Source: Actinomycetota bacterium | Lineage (GTDB): Bacteria; Actinomycetota; UBA4738; HRBIN12 | Direction: 5' to 3' | Length of the DNA: 56,466 nucleotides | NCBI GenBank assembly: GCA_016201135.1 | Contig: JACQDK010000005.1 | Location: 1-56,466, forward strand | Shown here: piece by piece, positions 9,379 to 18,868 of the stretch | Layout of the letters: each line of letters starts with the position of its first letter | Position numbering within the stretch: position 1 is the stretch's first letter | Position numbers and translations under genes: made by a program | Notes under the pieces: generated by a model | Databases searched by the model: none | The model's input: only the letters and a program-made list of their open reading frames with translations | What the model was told of the DNA's origin: nothing

Positions 9379-9740
9379 CCGCCTCGATCGAGGTCACGAT
9401 CGACGCGGTCGACGCGGAGCCCGCCGCCGAGTTCTGGCGTGAGGCCCTCGGCTACCGGCTCCTCTACGAGCGGCCGCCCTACATCGTGCTCGGTCCGCCC
9501 GCCGGCGACCCGCGCCCGCGCGTGCTGATCCAGCGGGTGGACGAGGTCGCACCCGGCAAGACGCCGGTGCACATGGACCTGCGGGTCGAGGACCCCGACG
9601 CCGAGGTCGAGCGCCTGCTCGCCCTCGGAGCCCGGATCGAATGGGTGATCGACGAGACCGAGGCAGGCTTCATCCGATGGACGACGATGAGCGACCCCCA
9701 GGGCACCTTGTTCTGCGTGTGCCCCGCACGGAAGGAGTGA
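9375..9740 (+). CDS. VOC/glyoxalase-like family protein
   Basis: GTGA overlap with the previous gene; VTIDAVDAEPAAEFWREALGY...VHMDL...EVERLLALGA...MSDPQGTLFCV. Confidence 0.85.
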   Translation: MTASIEVTIDAVDAEPAAEFWREALGYRLLYERPPYIVLGPPAGDPRPRVLIQRVDEVAPGKTPVHMDLRVEDPDAEVERLLALGARIEWVIDETEAGFIRWTTMSDPQGTLFCVCPARKE

Positions 9741-9748
9741 TCTCCCCT

Positions 9749-11083
9749 ATGGCGTTGCCCCGGCACGCGAAGTACGTGGTGATCGGCGCGGGCGTGCACG
9801 GCCTCTCGACGGCCTGGCACCTCGCGAAGGAGCTCGAGGCGCGCGGCGCCGGGTCGGGCGCCGACGTGATCGTGCTCGACAAGACCGGGGTCGGCGCCGG
9901 CCCCTCGGGGATCGCCTGCGGGGTGATCAGGAACAACTACTTCCAGCCGGCCATGCGCGAGCTGATGGCCTACTCGGTGGGCGTATGGGAGTCCGACCCC
10001 GAGGCGTTCCACTACCACCCGGTCGGCTACATGCAGCTGGGGCCGGAGGTCATGCACGCCGACGTGGTGCAGATCTACGAGCAGCAGAGGGCGATCGGGT
10101 ACGCATCCGAGCTGGTGGAGGGCGAGGCAGACTGCCACGCCTACATGGAGGGCATCTTCTCCGACTGGCAGGCCGGGGGCGTGACGGTCGTGCTCCACGA
10201 GAAACGGGGAGGCTACGCAGAGAACCTTCCCTCGATGATCGGGCTGCGCGGCAAGAGCGAGGCACTGGGGGTGGAGCTGCACGCGCCGGTGACGGTCGCG
10301 GGGTTCCGCATGGAGGGAGGCGCGATCGCCGCGGTGCAGACCGACCGCGGCGACATCGAGTGCGACCAGGTGATCGTGGCCGCCGGACCGTGGGTGCGCG
10401 ACTTCTGGCGCCTGCTGGACCTTCCGGCCACCATCACCGTTCGAGGCCGAGACGGAAAGGACCACGAGCGTCCGATGTGGACCTACTGGTGCCTCCAGGA
10501 GGGGACGCTCGGCGTGGATCCCACCTACCTGACGGACAACGAGGGCAACCCGCCGCCGGTGATCCACATCGACACCGACGCGCCGCTCCTCGACGGCATG
10601 GACGGGTCCCTGGTGACCGACGAGCTCTGGGGCATCTACTACAAGCCCGATTTCAACTTCGGTGGCGTGCAGGGCGGCGCGATGCCATGGGTGGTAAAGG
10701 AGCCGGCCGACGACGTGAAGGTCGATCCTTACGGCGCCAAGTCGAAGGAGTACGTCGTGACGGAGGAGTTCGAGCGCATGTGGACCTCGGCGCTCGCCCA
10801 CTGCCACAAGCGGTTCGAGGGCAAGCGACCCCTTTACCACAAGGCCCCCACCGGGGGCATCGGAGCGTTCACGCCGGACAGCTTCCCCGTGTTCGACCGG
10901 TTCCGCGAGAACGCCTACGTCGTAGCCGATTCGAACCACGGCTACAAGATGATCGGCGTGGGCGCCCTCGTGGCGAAGGAGCTGCTCGGCGAGCAGCAGG
11001 CGCTGCTCGAGCCCTTCCGGTTCTCGCGGTACGCGCAGGGGAAGCTGCATCCCGTGAGTCACTCGCCGTTCCCCTGGAGCTGA
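9749..11083 (+). CDS. FAD-dependent amine oxidoreductase (DAO / sarcosine oxidase beta / dimethylglycine dehydrogenase N-domain-like)
   Basis: YVVIGAGVHGLSTAWHLA Rossmann motif, GAGPSGIACG, VAAGPW, TPDSFPV, NHGYKMIG; AAGGAG RBS. Confidence 0.85.
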   Translation: MALPRHAKYVVIGAGVHGLSTAWHLAKELEARGAGSGADVIVLDKTGVGAGPSGIACGVIRNNYFQPAMRELMAYSVGVWESDPEAFHYHPVGYMQLGPEVMHADVVQIYEQQRAIGYASELVEGEADCHAYMEGIFSDWQAGGVTVVLHEKRGGYAENLPSMIGLRGKSEALGVELHAPVTVAGFRMEGGAIAAVQTDRGDIECDQVIVAAGPWVRDFWRLLDLPATITVRGRDGKDHERPMWTYWCLQEGTLGVDPTYLTDNEGNPPPVIHIDTDAPLLDGMDGSLVTDELWGIYYKPDFNFGGVQGGAMPWVVKEPADDVKVDPYGAKSKEYVVTEEFERMWTSALAHCHKRFEGKRPLYHKAPTGGIGAFTPDSFPVFDRFRENAYVVADSNHGYKMIGVGALVAKELLGEQQALLEPFRFSRYAQGKLHPVSHSPFPWS

Positions 11084-11085
11084 CG

Positions 11086-11712
11086 GTGCCCGAGGCCCCG
11101 GAGGAGTTCGCGCTCCGGGTGGCGGGCGGGGTCGCCGCAGGAGCGCCCGAGATCGCGGAGTCCCCGTTCGAGGAGGTTCCCGAGGAGGCGCCGCTCGAGA
11201 TCGAAGGCGAGCAGGGGGAGGACCCCGCGCTCGCCTTCCGCCGGACGCTCGGCATGTTCGCCACCGGCGTCACGATCATCACGACCCGCGTGGCCGACCG
11301 CGTGCACGGGATGACCGCGAACGCCTTCATGTCGGTGTCGCTGCGGCCTCCGCTCGTCCTGATCTCGGTTGACAAGCGGGCGAGGATGAACTCGCTCCTT
11401 CGCGATGGGGTCCGGTTCGGGGTCAGCGTGCTCGCGGACGACCAGCGAGAGCTGTCCGATCGCTTCGCCGGCCGGGCGGTGCAGGACGCGGCGGAGGCGC
11501 GCTTCACCGAGGTGCACGACACGCCGCTGGTGGAGGGAGCGCTCGCCGGCCTCGTGGCCAGGGTTGAGCGGTCGTACTGGGGCGGTGACCACTCGCTGTT
11601 CCTGGGGCGGGTCGAGTACGCGCGCTGGGGCGGGGGCCGGCCGCTCCTTTTCCACGGGGGCAAGTACGAGCGCCTGCCGGGGGAAGATCCGAACCCGGGG
11701 GCCGAAGACTAG
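11086..11712 (+). CDS. Flavin reductase (HpaC/RutF-like) family protein
   Basis: FRRTLGMFATGVTIIT, GMTANAFMSVSLRPPLVLISV, GGDHSLFLG, PLLFHGGKY. Start is approximate. Confidence 0.88.
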   Translation: MPEAPEEFALRVAGGVAAGAPEIAESPFEEVPEEAPLEIEGEQGEDPALAFRRTLGMFATGVTIITTRVADRVHGMTANAFMSVSLRPPLVLISVDKRARMNSLLRDGVRFGVSVLADDQRELSDRFAGRAVQDAAEARFTEVHDTPLVEGALAGLVARVERSYWGGDHSLFLGRVEYARWGGGRPLLFHGGKYERLPGEDPNPGAED

Positions 11713-13784
11713 CCGGCGACCCTGGCCTCGTCCAAGAGCTGCACGACGTCGGAGACCACGAGACGATCGGAGTGGCCTGTCGTCTTGACGGCGTCCGAGT
11801 ACATGACGTAGTCCTTGGGGCAGGCGACCGCGAAAGTCTGAACGTCGAGGGCGGCCGCCTCCCGGATCCGGTTCTCGCTCGGCCTTTCCTGGGTGTACGA
11901 GTCGGTCATCGAGAACCGTCCACCCCCGGCACCGCAGCAGAACGAGTTCTCCCGGTTGCGGGGCATCTCGACCAGCTCGCAGCCGATCGCGGCCAGGATG
12001 CGACGGGGCGCCTCGGTCACCCCGTTGTACCTGCCCAGGTAGCAGGGGTCGTGATACGTGACCCGCTTCCCGAGCGGCCGCACCGCGATGGCGCCCGACT
12101 CCAGGAGCTCTGCCAGGAGCTCGGTGTAGTGAAGCACCGGCTTGTCGAGGCCGTGTTCGGGGTACTCGTTGCGCAGGGTGTTGAACGAGTGTGGGTCGGT
12201 GGTGAAGATCCGATCGAAAGCGGCACGCCCGAACGCATCCAGGTTGTGTTCGACCAGGTGCTCGAAGAGGCTCTCCTCGCCGACCCTGCGGACGTCGTTG
12301 CCCGCGTTCCACTCGTCGTGGTAGAGCAGCCCGAAGTCGACGCCGGCATCGTGAAGGATCCGTGCCAGGGTCCTCGACAGCGCCTGTACCTGGGTGTCGA
12401 AGGACGCGAAGTCGCCGACGAACCAGAGATGGCTCACGGGCTCCTTCCGCGCGTCCTTGATCTCGAACCCGAGGTCCTTCGTCCATCTCGTTCGCTCCCG
12501 GGAGGGCTTGCCAAAGGAATTCCCGAGCTGGCCCACGTTCTGGAGGGCCAGCTGGAGGCTCGGCTCCATCCTGCCGGTGTCGACCAGGCGGCGTCTCAGC
12601 TGGACGATCGTCGGAACGTGCTCGATGCCGACGGGGCAGACCTCGACGCAGGCCATGCAGGTCGTGCAGGCCCACAGCGTCTCCTGCGCGATCACGTCCC
12701 CGGCGATCTCTCGCGCCGCGCGCCCCGCCGCCGGACCCGAGCCCCCCGGCCGTAGCTCCCGGTCGAGCAGCATCGGGCTACCGCCCACGGCGTCGGCCCA
12801 CTGCCGCAGGTCGAGCACGAAGTCGCGCGGGGAGAGCGGCGCGCCCCCCGCACGGGCGGGACAGACCTCGTGGCATCGCCCGCAGCGCGTGCACGCGTCC
12901 AGGCCGAGCAGCTCCTTGCGCGTGAGGTCCGCGAGCGTCAGGTAGCCGACGTGTTCCGACCCCGGCTGCGGCGGGGGCAGCCGGCGAGCCGAGCCCGGAT
13001 CGGCGACGACGAGATCGACGCCGGAGGTGAAGATGTGCATGGCCTTGGAGAACGGGATGTAGGCCACGAAGGTGAGCCCGATCGCGATATGAACCCACAT
13101 GGCGATCTCGTGGATCTGGAGGGCTTTCCCGGGCCCGATCCCGACCGCGCGCACCGCATGGGCAAGGAGCCACGCCACCCACTGCCACTTCTCGGACGGA
13201 GGGAAGCCGTCCGCGCGTATCTCGAGGCCGTACATGAACAATCCGATCAGAGGGTTGGCGAAGAGCAGGCTGACGAACACCCAGTCGCCGGCGATCAGCC
13301 CGGCGCGCGAGTATCCCTCGGGAGGCTTCTGCGCCCGGCTGTAGTCGAGTCGGGGTCCCGACGAGCAAGCCCGCCGGACCATGAGATACGCGGCGCCCAC
13401 GATGATCAGCAGGCCGGCGGTGTTGAAGACGACCGCGTACACCATGCTCAGCCGCCCGACGAGGAACACCGACACCGCCCGCGCGACCAGCCGGGTGAAG
13501 AACGGGTAGAAGTTGAGGTCCACCGCGACCACGATGTGGGCGAGGAAGATCCCCACGATGCCCCAGAAGACGAGCAGGTGAGCCGCGCCGACGGATCGGT
13601 TCCGCCTGATGACGGTGGCGTTGGAGGCGACGGCGAGGAGGCGCTTGGCGAGCGGCGGCCGCTGCGGCGGCGCACCCGGTGAGGTCCGGCGTCCCCGCCT
13701 GTACTTCCGGAGTCGCAGCCCCCATCCCAACCAGAAGATGGAGAAGGAGAGGGCGGAAGCCACGTACATGACCACCCTGCTCAT
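11709..13784 (-). CDS. Membrane-bound FeS oxidoreductase (FadF/EtfD/HdrD-like: TM region, 2x4Fe-4S, CCG domain), probable ETF:quinone oxidoreductase
   Basis: N-terminal TM helices with His residues, CTRCGRCHEVCP, CTTCMACVEVCP, YHDPCYLGR, CCGAGG, ACPKD; co-transcribed with etfAB. Confidence 0.85.
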   Translation of the reverse strand: MSRVVMYVASALSFSIFWLGWGLRLRKYRRGRRTSPGAPPQRPPLAKRLLAVASNATVIRRNRSVGAAHLLVFWGIVGIFLAHIVVAVDLNFYPFFTRLVARAVSVFLVGRLSMVYAVVFNTAGLLIIVGAAYLMVRRACSSGPRLDYSRAQKPPEGYSRAGLIAGDWVFVSLLFANPLIGLFMYGLEIRADGFPPSEKWQWVAWLLAHAVRAVGIGPGKALQIHEIAMWVHIAIGLTFVAYIPFSKAMHIFTSGVDLVVADPGSARRLPPPQPGSEHVGYLTLADLTRKELLGLDACTRCGRCHEVCPARAGGAPLSPRDFVLDLRQWADAVGGSPMLLDRELRPGGSGPAAGRAAREIAGDVIAQETLWACTTCMACVEVCPVGIEHVPTIVQLRRRLVDTGRMEPSLQLALQNVGQLGNSFGKPSRERTRWTKDLGFEIKDARKEPVSHLWFVGDFASFDTQVQALSRTLARILHDAGVDFGLLYHDEWNAGNDVRRVGEESLFEHLVEHNLDAFGRAAFDRIFTTDPHSFNTLRNEYPEHGLDKPVLHYTELLAELLESGAIAVRPLGKRVTYHDPCYLGRYNGVTEAPRRILAAIGCELVEMPRNRENSFCCGAGGGRFSMTDSYTQERPSENRIREAAALDVQTFAVACPKDYVMYSDAVKTTGHSDRLVVSDVVQLLDEARVAG

Positions 13785-13820
13785 GCCCGCCCCCCCCTCG
13801 AACCCCCGTGCCGGTCTCTC

Positions 13821-14930
13821 TCAGCTCTCCTTCGCCCGCTTGCGCTCGGGCTCGTAGACCGGATGGCGGACGATCTCTCCGGTCACCAGCTCGTCACCGA
13901 CACGAGCCTGGATCCGCGCTCCCGGCTGGTTCTGGTCCTTGTGGACCTTGGCCAGGCCGACCGTCTTGCCGCCCCGGAAGGGCGAGACGAGCGCCTGGGT
14001 CACGTATCCGATCTCCCGCCCTTCGAGCAGGATCGGGGCGCCGGTCGCCTCGTCCGCGCCCGACTCGAGCTCGACGCTCGTGAGCCGGAGCGTGGTGGAC
14101 TCCCGATCGCGAAGGAGGGCCTCCCTGCCCTGGAAGTCACCCTTGCCGAGTGCCACCGACCAACCGAGCCCGCACTCGTAGGGGGAGACCGTCTGGTCGT
14201 ACTCGACCCCGCCGATGATGAAGCCGCCTTCGATGCGGAAGATGTCCAGGGCCGTCATGCCTATGACCCTCAAGCCCCGCGGCGCTCCGGCCTCGAGGAG
14301 GGCGTCCCACAGGTCGAGGGCGAGATCGGGCTCGACCCACAGCTCGTACCCGAGCTCGGCGGTGTAGCCGAGGCGCGTCATGAAGATCGGGATGCCGCCG
14401 ATCCGCACGTCCTCGCGGAACCCGTAGTAGCGCAGGGCCGCGCCCGAAAGGTCGGCCTGCGTCAGCGACTGGAGGATCTCGCGGCTCCTGGGTCCCTGGA
14501 CGCAAAGGTGTGGGAGCTCGTCCGTGCGCTCCCGAACGCTGATCCCGGTGCCCTCGGCCTTGGCCGCGAAGATCTCGGCGTCGCGGTCGTTGGCGCCGCA
14601 GAACCGGACCCTCGCCGGGTCGCGGTTCATGACCGTGCAGTCGTCGACCATCCGGCCTTCGGCGTCGGCCAGGGCGCCGTACGCTATCCGGCCCTGCGGA
14701 AGCTTCGAGACGTCGCGGGTGACGATCGAGTTGACCAGATCGAGCGCCCCGGGACCCTCGATGTCGACCTTGCGCAGCATCGAGAAATCCATGATCCCGG
14801 CGGTCTCGCGCACCGCTCGGTACTCGTCGGCGACGTCCGTCACCACGGCGGGCGCCGAGTAGCCGAAGAGGTCCGTCCAGTCGTCCGTGAGGGCGGCGAG
14901 GCGGGGGTAGAAGGCGGTTTCCTTGCTCAC
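13821..14930 (-). CDS. Aminomethyltransferase (GcvT/T-protein family, THF-binding)
   Basis: EYRAVRETAGIMDFSML, VQGPRSREIL, TRLGYTAELGYEL, RIEGG, KGDFQGREAL. Confidence 0.9.
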   Translation of the reverse strand: MSKETAFYPRLAALTDDWTDLFGYSAPAVVTDVADEYRAVRETAGIMDFSMLRKVDIEGPGALDLVNSIVTRDVSKLPQGRIAYGALADAEGRMVDDCTVMNRDPARVRFCGANDRDAEIFAAKAEGTGISVRERTDELPHLCVQGPRSREILQSLTQADLSGAALRYYGFREDVRIGGIPIFMTRLGYTAELGYELWVEPDLALDLWDALLEAGAPRGLRVIGMTALDIFRIEGGFIIGGVEYDQTVSPYECGLGWSVALGKGDFQGREALLRDRESTTLRLTSVELESGADEATGAPILLEGREIGYVTQALVSPFRGGKTVGLAKVHKDQNQPGARIQARVGDELVTGEIVRHPVYEPERKRAKES

Positions 14931-14946
14931 GTCTGTCCCTCCCTTC

Positions 14947-15891
14947 TCATGCGAAGAGCTCGGCCAACGCTTCTGCGACCTCGAAGAGGTCGACCACGGC
15001 GCCGTATCGAGCCACGCCGAAGATAGCCGCTTCCGGGTCCGTGTTCACGGCGATGATGGTCCCGTCTCCCTTGATGCCCGCCAGATGCTGAACGGCGCCC
15101 GAGATCCCGAGGGCGAGGTAGACCTTCGGCCTCACGGTCTTGCCCGACTGCCCCACCTGGCGCGCGTTCGTCATCCAACCGGCGTCCACGAGCGGACGTG
15201 AGACGGAGAGCGTGGCTCCCATCTTCCCGGCCAGCGCCTCGAACCGGGGGATCTCTTCCCTGGTCCCGATCCCGCGACCTATCGACAGCAGGAAGTCGGC
15301 GGCCGTGATGTCGACGTCGCCCGCGGGGGGATCGACGAGCTTCAGGTGGCGGGCCCGCGGCGCCGTCACCTGAACCGAGAGGTCCGTGATCGTGGGGTCG
15401 CCGCGGCCCTCCGCGGGGGCCCAGGCGCCCGGCCGGAGCATGAGCAGGACCCGTTCCTTTCCCGGGAAGTCGACCTCGGCGTGGACCTTGGCCCCGTAGA
15501 AGGCGCGGCGGGCGAGGAGCCCGTCTTCCTCGCGCGACAACCGGAAGACGTCGCTCGCGAACCCGAGCCCGAGCTTCGCGGCCACCGCGGGTCCGTAGCC
15601 CATCCCGTTCACGGTGAAGCCGAGCAGGACGAAGCCGGGCCCGCGGTCCTCGATCAGCGCTTCTATGACCTGCTGGTAGACGTCGTTCTCGAACTCCTCG
15701 GCCTCCGCCTGCACCGTGACGATCTCGTCGACCCCCTCGACCGAGAGGGCGTCCGTGAACAGCGACGGGTCCCGAGCGATCACGGCGACCGATACCGGGC
15801 CGCCGATCTCCGCCGCGGCGGCGACGAGCTCGAAGGTGACGTCCCGGAGCTCTCCTCGGAGGTGCTCGGCGACCACGAGCGTGCCGTTCAC
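14947..15891 (-). CDS. etfA: Electron transfer flavoprotein alpha subunit
   Basis: SIGRGIG, SRPLVDAGW, QVGQSGKTVRPKVYLALGISGAVQHLAG, AVNTDPEAAIF; GTG at 15891 overlaps the etfB stop. Confidence 0.93.
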   Translation of the reverse strand: MNGTLVVAEHLRGELRDVTFELVAAAAEIGGPVSVAVIARDPSLFTDALSVEGVDEIVTVQAEAEEFENDVYQQVIEALIEDRGPGFVLLGFTVNGMGYGPAVAAKLGLGFASDVFRLSREEDGLLARRAFYGAKVHAEVDFPGKERVLLMLRPGAWAPAEGRGDPTITDLSVQVTAPRARHLKLVDPPAGDVDITAADFLLSIGRGIGTREEIPRFEALAGKMGATLSVSRPLVDAGWMTNARQVGQSGKTVRPKVYLALGISGAVQHLAGIKGDGTIIAVNTDPEAAIFGVARYGAVVDLFEVAEALAELFA

Positions 15892-16652
15892 GCGAGCCGC
15901 TCCTTGACGATCTCGGCGATCCTTCGCGCGACGTCCGCCGGGCCTCCGTCCAGCATCTCCGCGCCCTCGGGCTTCGGCGGGACGAACATGCGCCGGACGT
16001 GGTAGCCGCTCACCGCTCCGCCCGCGGCGGAGACGAGGGAGATCTCCTTGCGTTCGGCGTCCTTGATCGCCCTGAAGGTCGGGTATCGGGGTTCGTTGAT
16101 CCCCGTCTGGATCGCGAGGACGGCAGGCGTGTCCACCTCGACGACGTCGACGAGCCCGCCCTCGAGCTCGCGATGGCAGGTGGCCCTTCGGGTGGCGTGG
16201 TCGTACTCGACCTTCTTCACCACCGCGACCCGTGGAAGGTCGAGGAACTGAGCGAGCGCTGTGCCGGTGGATCCCTGGACCGAGTCGCTCGACTGGACCC
16301 CGACGAGCACCAGGTCGGGCTGCTCCGGGACGATCGCCTCCGAGAGCGCGTGGCCGATCGCGATCGGGTCGTGGACCGTCTGGTCGAACGAGATCCGGAC
16401 CGCCCGGTCGGCGCCCATGGCCAGGCATCGCTGGAGCGCCACGTCGGCGGACGGGCCGCCGACCGTGACGACCAGGACCTCGCCCTCGCCGCCGAGGCGC
16501 TCGCGGATCCGCAGCGCCTCCTCGGCGGCGCAGGCATCCCACTCGTTCAGCGTCCGGTCGTAGTAGTCCTCGTCCACGTCCCGCTCGTCCGTGGTGAACC
16601 GGATCTCGTCTCCCAGCACGGCGACGTGCTTCACGCAGACGACGATCTTCAC
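15888..16652 (-). CDS. etfB: Electron transfer flavoprotein beta subunit
   Basis: MKIVVCVKHV, NEWDACAAEEAL, LAMGADRA, GVQSSD, RELEGG, NEPRYP. Confidence 0.93.
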   Translation of the reverse strand: MKIVVCVKHVAVLGDEIRFTTDERDVDEDYYDRTLNEWDACAAEEALRIRERLGGEGEVLVVTVGGPSADVALQRCLAMGADRAVRISFDQTVHDPIAIGHALSEAIVPEQPDLVLVGVQSSDSVQGSTGTALAQFLDLPRVAVVKKVEYDHATRRATCHRELEGGLVDVVEVDTPAVLAIQTGINEPRYPTFRAIKDAERKEISLVSAAGGAVSGYHVRRMFVPPKPEGAEMLDGGPADVARRIAEIVKERLA

Positions 16653-16697
16653 GGGCGGCGTCCCCGCCTGGCGGTCCCGTGGATCCGGGTCAACGCC

Positions 16698-18806
16698 TCA
16701 GGCACGGAGCAGCTCGATCACCTTGCGGTCGCGGAGGAATGGCTTCGGGACCGCCGGGTCCGGCGAATCGATCTCGCGGGCCAGCCGGTGACCGTCGAAG
16801 ACGCAGTCGGCGACCATCCGCGGGGCCAGGCAGTCACCGATCCGGTAGAGGCCGATGATGCCCTCGCTCCGCAGGGCGTCCGTCCCGAGGTCCTTGAGCT
16901 CGCGATAGAGCGCCTCGTTCGACCGCCGCTGGGTGATGAGCACCACGGCGTCGGCGTCCCATTCGGTCAGGTGCTCCGGATCGAAGACGTGGTAGGAGAC
17001 GGCCCTGCCCGGCTCGATGGACTGGAGCATCGCATGGGTGACGATGTTCACGTGGAGCGAGTGCAGCTTGCGTAGCATGTTCGGAAGCTCCAGCGTGAAC
17101 TTCATGTAGGGAGCGACCTCCCCGAGATGCGTCAGGAGCGTCACCTGCTTGCCCTCGGTGGCCAGCTTCTCGGCGAGCGAGACGCCCATGAAGTAGCCAT
17201 CGTTGTCGAGGATCACGACCCTCTCGCCGGGGATCTCCTTGCCTCCGACCATGATCTGCTCGGGCGTGAGCACGTGCGGCAGGCTCGCATCGGCTCCGGG
17301 GATCGGCTCGCTGGTCGCGCCGTTGAGCCCGTTGGTGGCCCAGTAGGCGCCGGTGGCGATGACGACGATCTCGGCCCCGTACTTGAGCACCGCGTTCGCG
17401 TCCGCCCTGGTGCTGGGGATGAGCTCCACGTTCTTGAGCTTGTCGATCTGGATCTTGCGGTAGTTGACGACCCGCGCCCACTCGCCGAGTCCGGGCAGCA
17501 GCGGGATCCAGCGCATGATCCCGCCCATCTCCTTCTCGGCTTCCAGCAGGTGAACGCGGCGCATCCCACGCTTGCCGAGGATCATCGCGCACTCCATCCC
17601 CGCGGGACCTGCGCCCACGACGAGCACGTCGTTGTCGGCGTTCTCGGCCTTCGTGAACTTCTCCGGGTGCCAGCCGCGGCGGTACTCCTCCATGAAGGTC
17701 GCGTTCTGCGTGCAGACGGCGGGCGGGCCGCCGATCTCCCAGCGCGAGACGCAGATGTTGCACCCGATGCACTCGCGGATGTCGTCGTACCGGCCCTCCG
17801 AGATCTTGGTGGGCAGGAACGGGTCCGAGATGGAGGGCCGGCAGGCGCCGATGATGTCGAGCTTGCCGGAGCGGATCGCCTCGGCCATCACGTCGGCGCT
17901 CGTGAACCGCCCGACGCCCACGACCGGCTTCTTCGTGACCTGCTTAACGCGTCCCTGCCAGGGCAGCTGGCGGCCCGACTCGTAGAAGCGGGAGGGGGTC
18001 GCGTCCTCGCCCCACTCGGAGATGCCAGAGACGTTCACGTCCCACAGGTCGACGAGGTTGTCGACGAGCTCGACGAAGGGCAACGCGTCGCGCTCGAGCT
18101 GGGTCCCGATCTCGCCCATGAACATGTCGGTCGAGATGCGCACTGCGATGGCGCAGTCGTCTCCGACGGCCTCCCGCACCTGCTCGATGGTCTCGCGCCA
18201 GAACCGGGCCCGATTCTCGAACGAGCCGCCGTACTCGTCGGTGCGCTTGTTGTAGAAGGGCGTCAGGAACTGCTGTGGCAGGTATGAGTGGGAGCCGTAC
18301 ACGTAGACGATGTCGAAGCCGGCGGACCGGGCCCGCCTGGCGGCCGCGACGTAGAAGCCCTGCACCTCACGGATGTCGTCCTTGTCCATCTCCTTCGGGT
18401 AGGTGAGGTGCTCGAAGTCGCTCGGCAGCTGCGAGGGAGCGCGGGGGACGCATCGCGACTCCATGCAGGGAGCGTGCGCGCCTCCGTACCACAGCTCCAC
18501 GCCTGCGAGAGCGCCGTGCTCGTGGAGCTTGTCGCACATGAGCGAGAGGTTGCGGACGTCGTCCTCGTCCCACAGCCGTGCCGAGATGCGCATCGTGTCG
18601 TCGCTCTCCGGGTGGATCGAGCAGTACTCGGTGCAGGAGGCGCCCCAACCGCCCTCGGCCCTCATCGCGCGGTTCCAGGCCTGGGCGTTCGGCTTCTCCG
18701 ACCCTGCTCCGTTGCAGTGGGGGACCTGGTAGAAGCGATTCCTGAGGGTCTTCGGACCGATCCGGATAGGCTCGAAGAGGACGTCGTGCTTCGGATCTCG
18801 TGCCAT
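16698..18806 (-). CDS. tmd: Trimethylamine dehydrogenase
   Basis: Closely matches recalled Methylophilus TMADH: MARDPKHD.LFEPI.IGPKTLRNRFYQVPHC (Cys30 for 6-S-cysteinyl FMN), TEYC (Tyr60), VYG.HSY (Tyr169/His172), EWGED and SRWEIG (Trp264/Trp355), CIGCNIC 4Fe-4S. Adjacent to etfBA. Confidence 0.9.
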   Translation of the reverse strand: MARDPKHDVLFEPIRIGPKTLRNRFYQVPHCNGAGSEKPNAQAWNRAMRAEGGWGASCTEYCSIHPESDDTMRISARLWDEDDVRNLSLMCDKLHEHGALAGVELWYGGAHAPCMESRCVPRAPSQLPSDFEHLTYPKEMDKDDIREVQGFYVAAARRARSAGFDIVYVYGSHSYLPQQFLTPFYNKRTDEYGGSFENRARFWRETIEQVREAVGDDCAIAVRISTDMFMGEIGTQLERDALPFVELVDNLVDLWDVNVSGISEWGEDATPSRFYESGRQLPWQGRVKQVTKKPVVGVGRFTSADVMAEAIRSGKLDIIGACRPSISDPFLPTKISEGRYDDIRECIGCNICVSRWEIGGPPAVCTQNATFMEEYRRGWHPEKFTKAENADNDVLVVGAGPAGMECAMILGKRGMRRVHLLEAEKEMGGIMRWIPLLPGLGEWARVVNYRKIQIDKLKNVELIPSTRADANAVLKYGAEIVVIATGAYWATNGLNGATSEPIPGADASLPHVLTPEQIMVGGKEIPGERVVILDNDGYFMGVSLAEKLATEGKQVTLLTHLGEVAPYMKFTLELPNMLRKLHSLHVNIVTHAMLQSIEPGRAVSYHVFDPEHLTEWDADAVVLITQRRSNEALYRELKDLGTDALRSEGIIGLYRIGDCLAPRMVADCVFDGHRLAREIDSPDPAVPKPFLRDRKVIELLRA

Positions 18807-18868
18807 GAGTCACCTCCGGCAGCTTCTCCTGCCCGCTGGCCCGCCCCTTCGCTCCGGGGATGTGGGCG

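Noticed and set aside
16698-18806. Dimethylamine or histamine dehydrogenase call
   Set aside because: It retains the Tyr60/Trp264/Trp355 aromatic bowl of TMADH (DMADH has Gln at 60, from recall). Some DMA side activity cannot be excluded.
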